A stretch of DNA of 62,985 bases, the filler included, from Choristocarpus tenellus KU-1152 (lineage: Eukaryota; Protista; Phaeophyceae): the NCBI GenBank assembly GCA_964200185.2. It is 12 parts of 12 records of this genome, joined end to end, with 100 filler letters (N's around TTAATTAATTAA, not from the genome) between each part and the next. Parts side by side here need not be neighbours in the genome. Positions count along the whole stretch, not along the records: positions 48,866 to 53,409 come from CAXNAD020014071.1; positions 53,510 to 56,864 come from CAXNAD020020578.1; positions 56,965 to 60,155 come from CAXNAD020021660.1; positions 60,256 to 62,985 come from CAXNAD020025243.1; 8 more parts are not named here. The stretch is one strand, 5' to 3'. Shown in pieces: positions 48,866 to 60,654 of the stretch. The position numbers and the translations under genes are program-made. Within the stretch, counting starts at the first letter, position 1. Every line of letters starts with the position of its first letter. The notes beneath the pieces were generated by a model, which saw only the letters and a program-made list of their open reading frames with translations, was not told where the DNA came from and did not search any database.

Positions 48866-51800
48866 AGGGTATGCCTCGACAAGAAGGTGCCATAGATTTA
48901 GGCGCGTGGAGTACCTGGCGTTCCAAGGCTTGGGCTTCACGAGGCTCAAGAAGATAGCCTTCTTTTCCTGGAGCGCTTCCATATGCTCGGGATGCAACGT
49001 ATTGCCTGGCTTTCCTCCACAATCGCCGAGTTTAACCTGTGAGGGCCCATGGACGTAGCATTCATCCCCGAAAACAAGAGAAACGGCCCCTTTACCGGCC
49101 TTGACGAGCCTGAGCCCGTGATCGTATATTACTTGGTTGAGGATTTGAGTCTGTACTCGATACTGTCAAGAAGCAGGTTTTGTTGCAGATTGTAGGGGCT
49201 CGGTGACGCACGTCTCCATGAAGGCTTCGGTGATCCCCACATCGGATGCATCGCCGGAGTTGGCCGTGTCCTGTGTGATGCAATCCTCCTCACCACAAGA
49301 TGATCTTTGGTCGTCATCGTCGTCCCTCGATGTGGATGAACATGGATGTACCATGCTTCTGCCCATTTTGGCAGCAGCGAAGACGTCGTCAGGTTCTAAT
49401 GCACTGCCATCAGGATCAACAGGTTGTTTGAAAGGTCTCGTCTGTCCAGCATCTTCTCTCGCTCTCTTTTTCGTAATTAGTGTCCTAGAACCCCGGACTT
49501 CGCTCTCCTCGGAAGGCTTGTCCCTCTGGGTTGTGGAACTGTCGGCATGTCCACGGTTCTCACTTGGCCTCACACTATGGTCGTACACGTTCCCTGGCAC
49601 CTTTGCCTCATCGCCGCCGATACCCACCCAATGGGCGTTCGGGGACATCCCTGTGTCACTCTGGACAGGCGTGGACTCCGAGTCCTTGCCTCGCCGCCCC
49701 CTCATGTCCTCCACAGGAAGTTCCTCTTGACATGTGAAAGCGTCACCATCAGGTCGGCCCACCTCGTCTTCAGAGTCTTCTCTGCCCTCTTTTTCCTAAT
49801 CAGGGTCCTTTTGCGCTTCCCTTTGTCCTTCTTGGAAGGCTTCTTCGTCGGGGTTGTGTTACGATAATATGTGCGCGGTTTTCATTTCGCCTCACACTGT
49901 AGTCGTACACGTTCACTGGTACTTGTGACTCAGTTCCGCCGCTTTCCACTGAACGGGCGTTCGGGGACATCCCTGTGGCACTCTTGACAAGCATGTACTC
50001 CGAGTCCTTGCCTAGCCGCCCCCTCACGTCCTCCATAGGAATTTCCTCTGGGCCTGATAATCCATTACAAACGGGTCGGCCCCCATCGCCTTCAGAGTCG
50101 TGTTCCGAGGGTGTGATTATATGCCTCCCTCTTTCTAGATTCCTGCTTCCCGTACCTACTGCAGGGCTAGGTGATGGGTTATCTTGCTCCTCTCGAGCAC
50201 CTGGTGTGTTGGGTCTCCCACAAAGTGTGCTGGTGGATACGCCACCAGCTACCGGTGTCTTCACCAGTGCCAAACTGGTCAATGTGGAGAGCTCATCCTG
50301 CAGGAGTTTGATACGAAACGGGTCGAGGTTGTCCCCGAGGGCGGTGCATGTGATCACCAGGCCTCCCGGTGGTGTCTGGAGAAGGGCGACTTCTCTCTCG
50401 TGAGCTGCGTTGGTCTCGGACTTGAACTTGTCGAGGTCGTGCTCGGACGTCGATAGGTTATCTGGTGTGATCAAAATGTTTGTGACACGCGTTATCTCTG
50501 TGATGGCAGAGGAGCGGCAAAGGTTGTGGCAAAGTGGGGTTAAAAACGACGGGAGAAGTTGTTAGTGTTAAGAGGCAAGGGATGAGATAGAGGTTTGTGA
50601 GAAGGAGTACGCGAGGCAGGATGCAGAGGAGGATGCAGGGGCTGCGGAAAGGATGGATGGACCAGAGTAGTGGCGGTTCTTTGAAGGCCTGCCGATTATG
50701 CGAGCCCCAAGGACAGGGGGACAAATAGGGCTGGTAACAAAGGGTGAAGAGGAAGCGTACAGGACTAGCATGTAAACGCAACATAATTTCTCTCATTTTG
50801 CCGGGTTCTGTCGATCGGTACAACATATGCAAAGTATGACATATACTGTACGACGAGCAACTTCGCAACCTTTGAAAGAACCGGAGAAACCTGTGACAAC
50901 GTTCGTTGTGTAACTGTTGAGCGTCGATAGGATGGAAGAGCGTCTAGGTTGTGTGTTTGGTGTGGGGAAGGGTGTTTGGATGTTAACCTAAGGCGATGCC
51001 GTACAATGATGTAATTGCTCGCCTGCGTGTTTGTCACCGGTGTTCAGGGTAACGCCCTCAGAGTATTTGATGATGTCCAGGTATTTTGTGCCCTCCTCCA
51101 CATCCTCCATCAATACGAGGTCTCTTTTCACCTGTGGAATTTATGGGGTAGATAAATGTGCGCAATCAGGGCGTTTATTGTGAGATGGCTTTACTCGACG
51201 AACTGAAATGCGGTGGATAGATGAAATGATGAACTAATACAAGTTGAGTACCTTGTCGCTGAGGATGTATTTCTTGGTAGGAGGACCCTCTGCTGCAGAC
51301 TCTCCTGGTGAATCGTCGGCGTAGGGGTCTATCCCAACCCTGTCCATCTCTTTCAGGTCCTTCATAACCTGAACTGCGACCTCCAGGATGGCCCCCATGA
51401 TGAGTACGTTCCTGGTGTGCATACGTCCCAGGTATGCCAACCGCGCCCTCCAGGGTTGCGCTTCCCAATCCTCCTCCGCCCTGGCGGCAGACTCTGGATC
51501 TGGATCGCCGACTCCTGGCCTATTTTTCTTCCCCTTTCCTCTTGTCTTCTTTTTTCCTTTGTCTTGGTCGGCTGGGGGCCGTTTGTTCCGGACACCCCTA
51601 AGAGTGTGGGAGAACTGTCGTGGAGAAGCACATGGGTGCTGGAACGGTGAGTGGCATGGATGACACGGGTGTCTGTCTTGCGGGGTATGAACTAGGTGGT
51701 AAAGATTGCGGCTGTTGCAGGGTCAGGAGGGGGGTATACGCATATACATCCATACGTTACTTCGATCGTCACGGTCAAAATCGACTTACCATTCCTCTGG

Positions 51801-53409
51801 AAATGTCTCCATCCTGACAACATACGCCAACGCGAGTGCGTCAGTAGGCAATGTTTTGGCTGCCTGCTCTGAGAAGACGTGCGCAGTCACTTCAACAACG
51901 CCGCGCCATCGATGACCTTGGGGAGTCTCCCCTCTCAGGATGGATAGTCCGACTCCAGTGAGGACATCGGTGCACATTCTAGCAAAATACTGCTCCTTGA
52001 TCTCGTCTGTGAGCTACATGTACACCAAATGTGTGACAGTGTGTGGTTAGGATACCCCCATAAAGAACGAGCTTTGACGATGTCAAGGTATTAGGGTTGG
52101 CAGTGTATCTACCAGGGAGGGAAAAGCAGGGGATGCGAGTAGCGCATCGGAACCTTATGGGCATGGAGATCGCTGGAAATTGTTCACTTTACCGTTCGAC
52201 AGAACACATCAAATCCTTCATTGCTACCTGCCCTATGTCAAGTGTGGCGACGTGAAGTGGAGACAAAATGACTGGGAATGTTTATCCCACCTTCAACCTG
52301 TAGCTGTGCTTGAACACCCCGCTGTTCTTAAGGGATTCCATGGCGGCGTCCAGATTGGCATTCCACAGCACAGTGGACATGTGAACCGCTCTGAAGTCAA
52401 ATTTGTCCTGGTCGGGTGCGCGTTGGGTGAGTGGAGGATAAGGTAATATGATCAGGACAGAAGAACGTGGGAGTGGGAGCGGGTTTGTTGGTTGATGGTG
52501 TATGTTATAAGTTCGATAGCATTACACATGTGTGAAACGTCAATTCAAGCTCAGAGTATTGGAAGGCAGGGGTTACTACGGTGTTGTTGGACCGTTGGTG
52601 ATGGGATATTTCATGTACTAATGTGCGGGTGCATCAAGCTTACAATCGATCCCAGTCGCGCTTCTTGTGCTCTCTCCACACACCGAGAAGGATCTCCTCC
52701 AGTTCTTTTGTCTCTGGTGGAGCATAGCGAGGAGAAGAGAGGGATGGGGTATGTTAGACCACCGACTCGGAATTAATATGGATACATTAAACGAAAGGTA
52801 CGTGATGCTTCACAATCGTTTTATGAATCGTTTCCTGTTCAAGGAGCCATGAGAATCTCACCTTCTCCCGCGCATATGTAGACAAGGATGGCGATCGCGT
52901 TGAAGAATTGGATGGAGGTCTGGTCTGTGAGTCTATTCACCCCGGCTTCCATATGCATGTCCTCCCAAGCTTCTTTGAGGAATGCCTTTATCTTGGCAGC
53001 TACCCTCCTCTTAATAGCCGTCTGTATTGCGGCGTCAGCACTCCGAAAGTCTATGTCTCCTAGACAATATTGGTTGCACCTGGTGACCAATGTGACCATG
53101 CGCGTGCGACGATCAGAATCCTCTTCCATTGAATTGACGTAAGGGCGGGACCTGTTGCAACCGAAGTCGCGCCTATACTCCAGGATTGCGGCGACCCTGG
53201 ACACCATCCAGTGGAATATGTCGAGAATGTTGGGCACATGCCACCTACTGGCCGCCACACTCTCCCCAATCGAAATGGATTCAGCCTTTTCGTGGTTGCA
53301 GTGCAGATAGATTTCTACATGAAGCTCCTGTGATCGCCTATCTGGAGGTTCACTCCAACATCCGAGGCCCATCGTGTTGTGACATGGGCTGGGAGGTTAA
53401 TGCCACCTG
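48866..53409 (-). pseudogene. Large orphan multi-exon gene with short introns, decayed; spans the whole contig
   Basis: Successive AG..GT-bounded coding blocks, e.g. KELEEILLGVWREHKKRDWDR, DKFDFRAVHMSTVLWNANLDAAMESLKNSGVFKHSYRLK, DEIKEQYFARMCTDVL.., VKRDLVLMEDVEEGTKYLDIIKY. The frame continues past TGA 49166 to the contig end (QYRVQTQILNQVIYDHG...LWHLLVEAYP). Scattered stops and frameshifts. Confidence 0.6.
49480..50050 (-). repeat. Two diverged ~322-bp tandem coding repeats
   Basis: EEIPMEDVRGRLGKDSEYMLVKSATGMSPNA..VPVNVYDYSVRRNENRAH vs EELPVEDMRGRRGKDSESTPVQSDTGMSPNA..VPGNVYDHSVRPSENRGH. Confidence 0.85.
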
Positions 53410-53509
53410 NNNNNNNNNNNNNNNNNNNNNNNNNNNNNNNNNNNNNNNNNNNNTTAATTAATTAANNNNNNNNNNNNNNNNNNNNNNNNNNNNNNNNNNN
53501 NNNNNNNNN

Positions 53510-53568
53510 CTAAGCCCCAGAAATGGACAAACAGGGAAAAATTCGTACCCTCTAAGATAGTTTCACTC
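53510..53568. mobile_element. MITE family A end, truncated by contig edge
   Basis: AAATGGACAAACAGGG...GTACCCTCTAAGATAGTTTCACTC terminus. Confidence 0.8.
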
Positions 53569-55267
53569 AGGAGGACATTGAAAGTGGACTGTCCTTGCTT
53601 TTTCTCGCTTCTCACTCTTGGGTGCGCAATGCTTGTTTTTTGCATCTGCAAGGTTGTTGTGGCATGATAGGCTAAGGTGAATGAGAACGCAAAAACAGCA
53701 TCATCGTTACATACTTCCAAGTGTGATTACGATGGTAAATGTATGTTCCATAAATGCACCTTACACTACAGAGCATTTGGGTACAATGTTGATTCATGCC
53801 TTGGTTGTAAATACCCCAATTGGGAATAGGGTCAAAGTAGGCAAGAGATTCTCAGGGTTTCATCTTACGGGCGCTGACAAAGATGCGCAAAAGTTGGCTT
53901 TTAGTTGACATATGCGTAAAGTGTATTTTCTGAATCGTGTCGAAAGCTCTCAAATAACAGAGAAATCAGCGCTCTCAAGTCAAAATTAGCACTGTATCAA
54001 TAGAAATATGGGTGAATTGCATAAGATTGAAAAACTGGCTTAAAATGTCAAACAGCCAGAACCTGGGTACCTCTCGCTTACTGTGGCTCACAGCTCTTAA
54101 CTTTGTGCAGTGCTGCCATGACGAGAGAGCTGGAGAAGTAGCCTGGTTTGTTCTAATAGTAGTCTGCATGATGGAAATATTGGAAGTTTGTGCCTTATGT
54201 GTACTGCAGTCGTTCCAGCTCCCTGGAGTGAAAATGTTCAATAATTCACTATTATGTCGTTCTACTCTTATTTTAACGAGAAGGTTAAAATCACCAGTCA
54301 AGGTTTGTTGATCAGACAAAAACAGAGAGAGTTTCGAAGTCAATAAGTAATCGAACATCAACAACGTAAAGAGGAGTGGTCATATCCCTACATCATTGAC
54401 CCCATAGATGGAATATTCCAGGTCTCAACATGTTACCGTAACCCAAAGCTGCTAGAGTCAACGGCGTACTTCATGCTGTGAGAGCAGTGAAATTACTACA
54501 CAAATACTGGAGTTTGATCACCCCCGAGTCATCCCTTAATATTCCAACTAAATGCTGTGTTAGAGAAGTCGTGATATTAAGTGGAACTTTATCAAAATTT
54601 TGATTGATGATGATGTATTCATACGGACATTCTGCTTACCTCTTACTAACATATAACGTGATGGAGCCGAGATCTGGAGCAACATTGTAGTTTATGTGAC
54701 ATGTGTACACATCTACTACTTGTAGGTATGAAAATCCCCCCCTTGGCGTCACATCCTTCAATTTGTAATTCATCGTCTCACGGTCTTGAAGAATGGGAAC
54801 ATATTATTTCAATTGGTATATAATCGAAACCAGTATCACTATCACTCAGTGTATCATATTACAGCAGCCAAACAATATTCTCTGAGTACCAACTATCAAA
54901 GTAAAAACCCAGTTTTCGGTGACAAGACGCCAGTTCCACCATACATATTGGTAAATATCAGTGCAAAGCATCAATAGTAAGAATGTTACGCGCAGATATA
55001 CAGACTAATAATATTGTCTCAGGCGAATAACGTGAGTATGTCTTCCCGCGTTTTAACCGGCGCGAGCAGTGTACGCGCGTGGGGAACCGCTAAAGGGGGG
55101 ACTCCGATTTGCTAAAGGTTGCAGAGAAATCTGTAGCTTGGAAAATCTGCAACGGTTCTCAGATGTATTCCCACGTTGTAAACCAAAATAAAAACAAAAC
55201 AGTAAATGATGATAAGAGATCCTAAAAAAAAGTCTCAGACCCCAAACAACTCAAGCCCCCCCAAGGC

Positions 55268-56370
55268 TCACCCTCAATCTGATACCAATTCTCATATCCA
55301 TGCAAATTGATTCATTAAGAATACCCCTGTTCTGCTGACCTGACGTTCATTAACCTGTGGATTGGACCCTCTTGACTGTCGGAGTATCCTGGGAGCCCTG
55401 TACGAACATCACCGTCATCTATAGACCTGTAGATTGGAGCTATACATCCTGTGGAGGTAAGCTTCTGGAGCGTGCTATAACAATATTGTGCTTCTTTAGA
55501 TCAATGGAGGGATGCCTGTAGCCAGCAACCAGATTATCCTCGACAAGATCCCTGCTATACGTTTTCCACCTCTTGAGATCCTCAACAACCTCCTACAACC
55601 AGGCCGTGGCCTGTGCCTCTCTCAATTCCATCTGTAACCCAGTCGCATCCCTGCATCCTAACCTTGGAAAGGTGTGCCCATTCTAGGGAGAGTGCATTTT
55701 CATCAGTCTCTTATCTTTTGTGATCCACCGGCAAACGAATTCCCTTTTGTTTTGGCGGGCTAACCGTATTTATGCTTTTTTTGGTTTTTCGTTGGTTAAT
55801 AATGAAAATGATTACAACTGCCACGATGGATGTGGAGAACCAGTGACCTGTCGTGTCAGTTCGTACAAGTACAGACTTTATCCCCAAACCGGATACAAGT
55901 AAGGGAAATATATATTAATGTGTTTAGCGAGTAGTGAACAGACATTCCATTACGCTCTGCAGGTCTCGATAATCTGCTGGGGCTACCTCTTCCCTCCGGT
56001 TTTGTTTGCTCCATCAGCTGGGAGAATTGGACGTGTCATTGCCAACTATTGCGGGTTGCATGCCAATCACGTAGAGGTGTATCCAGAATATCGCAGTGGG
56101 ACTTATGGATTAGGGGCTGTTGTTTCTTCAGCTTGACCTGGTTGAGTACTGCTTTGGTGACTTCGGAGTTTCGAGTCATTCCTAGGACTAGTTGCAAATG
56201 AATTCCTGGAGGCATATGCTAGCACGAGGATTGAAATATTACGTAGTCTTTGTTTATTTCTAACCCCTGATATGCTGGGTCATCGAAGAGGGAGGGAGGG
56301 AAGAGTTTGAGTGACAGCTGTGGGTCTGACCAGGCACGGACCCGACCCTTTAAATAAGTAGAGCCTGGCT
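55268..56370 (-). pseudogene. Decayed coding sequence of unknown family
   Basis: Long single-frame stretches broken only by isolated TAG/TGA (PGSTYLKGRVRAWSDPQLSLKLFPP..; LQMELREAQATAWL*EVVEDLKRWKTY..), ending at a GTGAG donor. Confidence 0.4.
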
Positions 56371-56964
56371 GAAGGCAGTAAGGTGGATGAGGAATCATAC
56401 GTACGTAAAACAGGGGAAAAGCAGATGCCAGACCAGTAGAGAATAACAAGGATGACAAATAACCTCCTGGAGTGCACTTAAAGATGGTGCAGCCTCAAGA
56501 CTTTCGTATCATTGTTAAATTTTACTGTTGGAATATACATGAAAGGCAGCTACTAGAACCAGCTATAAAATCTATTTGACTCATTCCGCATTACTTTTTT
56601 TCCTAATAATGCAACAGCTGGCTGTGCTGTGTATGGATGTCATTGCCAGATTATCCTACATTCCAGCAATGGCTCTTAGAGCCCTGCCAATCCTAGCTCC
56701 TCCCTTGTGTGGGGTTGTGGACACAATATACTGTGTGCACGTGGTGATAGTATTACGTATATGACCGGAAATATCTCAGGGGGGGGGGGGGGGGGGGGGA
56801 ACGCGGGGGGCCTATTTGGGGCAAAAAGGGGGAGGGGGGAAGAAAAGTATAAAGTGTGGAGGGGNNNNNNNNNNNNNNNNNNNNNNNNNNNNNNNNNNNN
56901 NNNNNNNNTTAATTAATTAANNNNNNNNNNNNNNNNNNNNNNNNNNNNNNNNNNNNNNNNNNNN

Positions 56965-57800
56965 GTGTTCTTGAGCTGATCATAAGTGAATTCTGGGGTT
57001 GTCAGCTGTGCAAAAACCTGTGGCATGCTGTCTCTGATTCCTATGATCAGAGCTCCCTTTTTTCGCATGATCCTCTTTGGCTGCATCCAGCTGCTCGTAC
57101 TCAGTCCAGATGTGATCAAGACAAATCACGAAATCTGCAGCGTCCTCCACTGACGAGCAGAATGTGTCTTGCAGCTTCATTTCAAGGGAAATAAGCTGCA
57201 TAGGCCGCTGAATTGTAGCGCGCCCACCATATATTTGCTCTAGTTCGAGCCAGGCAGCCCTTCCATCAGGGCTACCATTGTTCTCGTGCGAGCCGACAAT
57301 CATAGCTGCGGCACCTCTCGTGGCCTGTCCCAGCAGGAACCACAAGGCTTCTCAATGCCTAACGTATTCATCGTACGTGCAGCGTTCTTCGAATAATGAG
57401 TCGACTGAGGGAGGTGCTGGAATGCAGTATGCAGGTTGAAGTATCTGGTACAGTCCTTTGCCACCCGCGTAACTCACCAATGCCATCCATCATTCATCCC
57501 ACTTCTCCCTTGTGTGCCCGCGCACTCCAGTCCATAGTGGCAGCTTACAAAGGTCCGCTTCCATACCGCTGAGGCTCATAACCTATGCAAAAGAGAGCTA
57601 CCTACTCAAGTAGAGTATTTTGCTTTGTGTGTTATGGATATGTTTATTAGCGAAGTGAGCACAGCCCTCGGTGGTGGGGGGGTGCTCTCTCTTATTATCT
57701 TATATATATTATTATCTTATTGTTTATTACATATATCAGCTGACACATCAAAACGTGTCCTGCCGTTACATCGTACTATGTCACTTATCCTGTGTAGCTA
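56965..57800 (-). mobile_element. Copia element 5' end: putative LTR (~57586-57800), PBS (57567-57583), degenerate gag from ATG 57564
   Basis: GGTTATGAGCCTCAGCG just upstream of ATG; LWFLLGQATRGAAAMIV...DGRAAWLELEQIYG gag motif; in-frame TGA codons. Confidence 0.8.
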
Positions 57801-58580
57801 GAACTATGTCAGAACTCCTCCATCACTCCATTTATATCAAGTAATGAGAAATGGATAATCTGAGATTCGAACTCATTAGTTTACGCACACGAACACAAGT
57901 CAATGACACTTGTTCCATTTGGGCAAAATTCCTGTTCTCTAGTAGTGTTTACTAAACACGTATAAACCATATAGACTATCAGCCTATATTGCACATCTAC
58001 CATTGCTTGTGCCATCGATATAGGAGATGTAGGAGATGTAGGAGCAGCCCCAAGGTGATGAAGGCAGTCCTCTATTATGCCCTTTCAAGTGTCCTTAATC
58101 AGGTGTGACTGCAATGCTTTCCTTCCCAAAGAACTCACATCTAAAGATGTCAGGTGACCGCTGCTTTGACCCTTGAGAATTTGCCTTGTCTTATATCCTT
58201 GGCCACTGCACTGAGATGTTGGAAATACTGATGTCGGAATATTCTGATGCACCCTCTTTTGCACCAACTATGTCGTCACAAAATGTCGACTATTTACGAC
58301 CCATTGCTGCCTCATGAACCTGAGACTTACATGGTTGCTTGTTCATGATCGGTTCGTGACCTTGGTGTCTAGTGTTGGTGTGAGTGTGTGTATTGGTGGA
58401 GTGAAGGCAAAGTGCTCACGTCTAATTGCGGTTTCTGCATAGTGGTTTGGGAAGGCGTTCTTCGTGGTCAAGGTCCAGCAAAACAATCTTATATCTACCC
58501 ACCGACCCATCATCTTTAGCTGGTACACTCCCTCTTATCTTTAGCATGAACTTATCTGTGTATTGAATTGATGTTTCAAG

Positions 58581-58723
58581 GGAGGGGACACATCTTCCGA
58601 GCTTTGATAGAAGGGGTTTGCCTGGGCACGGAGGCGGTATTTGAGGCCATGCGTGCAGCAGGTTTTGTACCGGAATCGATTGCAGTGGCGGGTGGAGCGA
58701 CTCGTTCACCAATGTGGCTGCAG
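58581..58723 (+). CDS. FGGY-family carbohydrate kinase (ribulokinase/xylulokinase-like), internal C-terminal-domain exon
   Basis: RGHIFRALIEGVCLGTEAVFEAMRAAGF..IAVAGGATRSPMWLQ matches FGGY_C; flanked by AG and GT. Confidence 0.88.
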
Positions 58724-60654
58724 GTTGGTTTTGTCCGAGTTGTGGATTTGAGAAGGCTGTTATGTTTTGGAGGGAGAGTCTCTTTTGATTTTTATTGTTC
58801 TCTTTTTGTTTTCTGTTTTGATTTTTATTGAAGGGATGCATGTGTGTGTACGTAGTATGTATGTATGTAGAGTATGTGCTTGTGGATACTTGAGCATTGG
58901 TTTTTGATGTGGTTAGTCAATTGCACCATTCACAGTACTTGTCAGGCTCATTACTCATTGTTGTGGTATACCATAACGCCATACCACTCCTTTGAACTCC
59001 TCTTTGGAGGGTGTGTATGTAAATAAATTAAGTTGGTATTTTTGTTTGTTTGTCAGCATCTCTTCCTAAGAAAAAGGGCCTCTGCTTACTTTAGCTCCTA
59101 TTGTTTCTGTGCCCTCTGGCGTAGGATGTACAGTAGAGTCTGTAGGGAGGATATGCGGTAGAGTCTCTAGGCGATCTAGTATAGTCGGTTGATTGATCAC
59201 ATTCTTGCAGAGTTCGTCTTATTTTTTGGCTGTTTGGGGAGAGGGGTGTGTATGTATAGATACATATGGATAGGTCAATCAATTGAAATATTATATTTTA
59301 TATATGTATATTGTATCACATGGTTCTTCTTCTTGCAAGCATGCACACAGTGCTCTTTGCTGTAATTTATCAATATTTCATCATTGGTGTTACTATTTTT
59401 ATTTTTATTGCAAGGGACCAGAAAAGGTCTCCCCGCCTCTCAGCATTATGCTCATTTAATTTCTCCTTGACACCAAACATAGATCAAACCAAGACAGTTT
59501 AAAGTTAGCAAGAAAATGAACATATATGAAGGAATTTGGACACCTTAAACACCAAGTGATGTTGATGCAATGACATGCCACAGGAAATACACCCTTATTT
59601 GAAAAGATACTGAAGTTTTGGTTGGATGCAACGCAAAAGATTTTTGAAGAAATATACCTACATAAGATGGGCTTTGGTTATGTTCAAGCAAAGCAAATAG
59701 CTTTTATTGAGACTTGGAGTGAGTCTTTGGAAGCAACCTCAATCATCCCAAACATGGACATTGGCAGCAGTTCTAGACCACATGTTTGATGAAGGAAAGC
59801 AGTCAAAACTACTTGGACCAAGAATGTCGTAAGATTCCTCACGCAAATGTTAACAACATTTCAGTGTATGTGGGTTACTCTTGATGAAAGTGAATATTCA
59901 CTACGAACTCGCCTCTTCTTATCTTATGGAGTTCAAATGTCGAAAGAGTTACTTTGAGTGCTGTACGTGATACTTTAGTTAGTGTTTCAGTATGCACCCA
60001 TATCTGTAGGAAGGAAACTCCGACATTGATGACTTGTCAGATGTTGAACCCTTCCTCTCTGCAGGCGACAAACAGGTCATGTGCAATGTGGTATATAGCC
60101 CATGGGCTGTTTTGGTGGTTGGGGAGTGTGGCGCACTGATGGGGGGGAACGTGACNNNNNNNNNNNNNNNNNNNNNNNNNNNNNNNNNNNNNNNNNNNNT
60201 TAATTAATTAANNNNNNNNNNNNNNNNNNNNNNNNNNNNNNNNNNNNNNNNNNNNCTTGTAAAATTTTTTGTGGCGGCCCCCTACCCAAAGGGACCGTTT
60301 TTTAAAAGAAGGCCCCAAAAAACCCCCCCCCCCCCCCCCCCCCCCCCCAGATACTTTGACCCATTAATATATATTTTTTCAAGGGAGAGAACTTTGTCTC
60401 TTCCTGTTGATGGTTGGTATCAATTGAAGCCTTGAAAGTGAGGGATGTCCTTCCCTTTCAGGAGGCTTTCTAAGATGGGTTTAGCCAGAGGGTTCATGTT
60501 ACTGCACCTTGCATCGCAGACAATAATTTGTGGATGGTATCCCTCAAGAGAGGAAATGAAATACATAAATATAAAATGTTGTGATAAATGCAGTATTGTA
60601 GTAGAGTTTATGCATTACCTGCCACCCCCTAACACGATTTTTTCATGACACAAA

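Noticed and set aside
49203-50403. Plus-strand Ser-rich ORFs
   Set aside because: Antisense shadows of the charged minus-strand coding region.
55276-55287. TGGTATCAGA (minus strand) as a tRNA-iMet PBS of a TRIM element
   Set aside because: No paired LTRs and no CA end before it; it lies within a coding-like frame next to a splice donor.
59520-59940. hAT transposase remnant (LAAVLD..F)
   Set aside because: Only one short degenerate motif; insufficient support.
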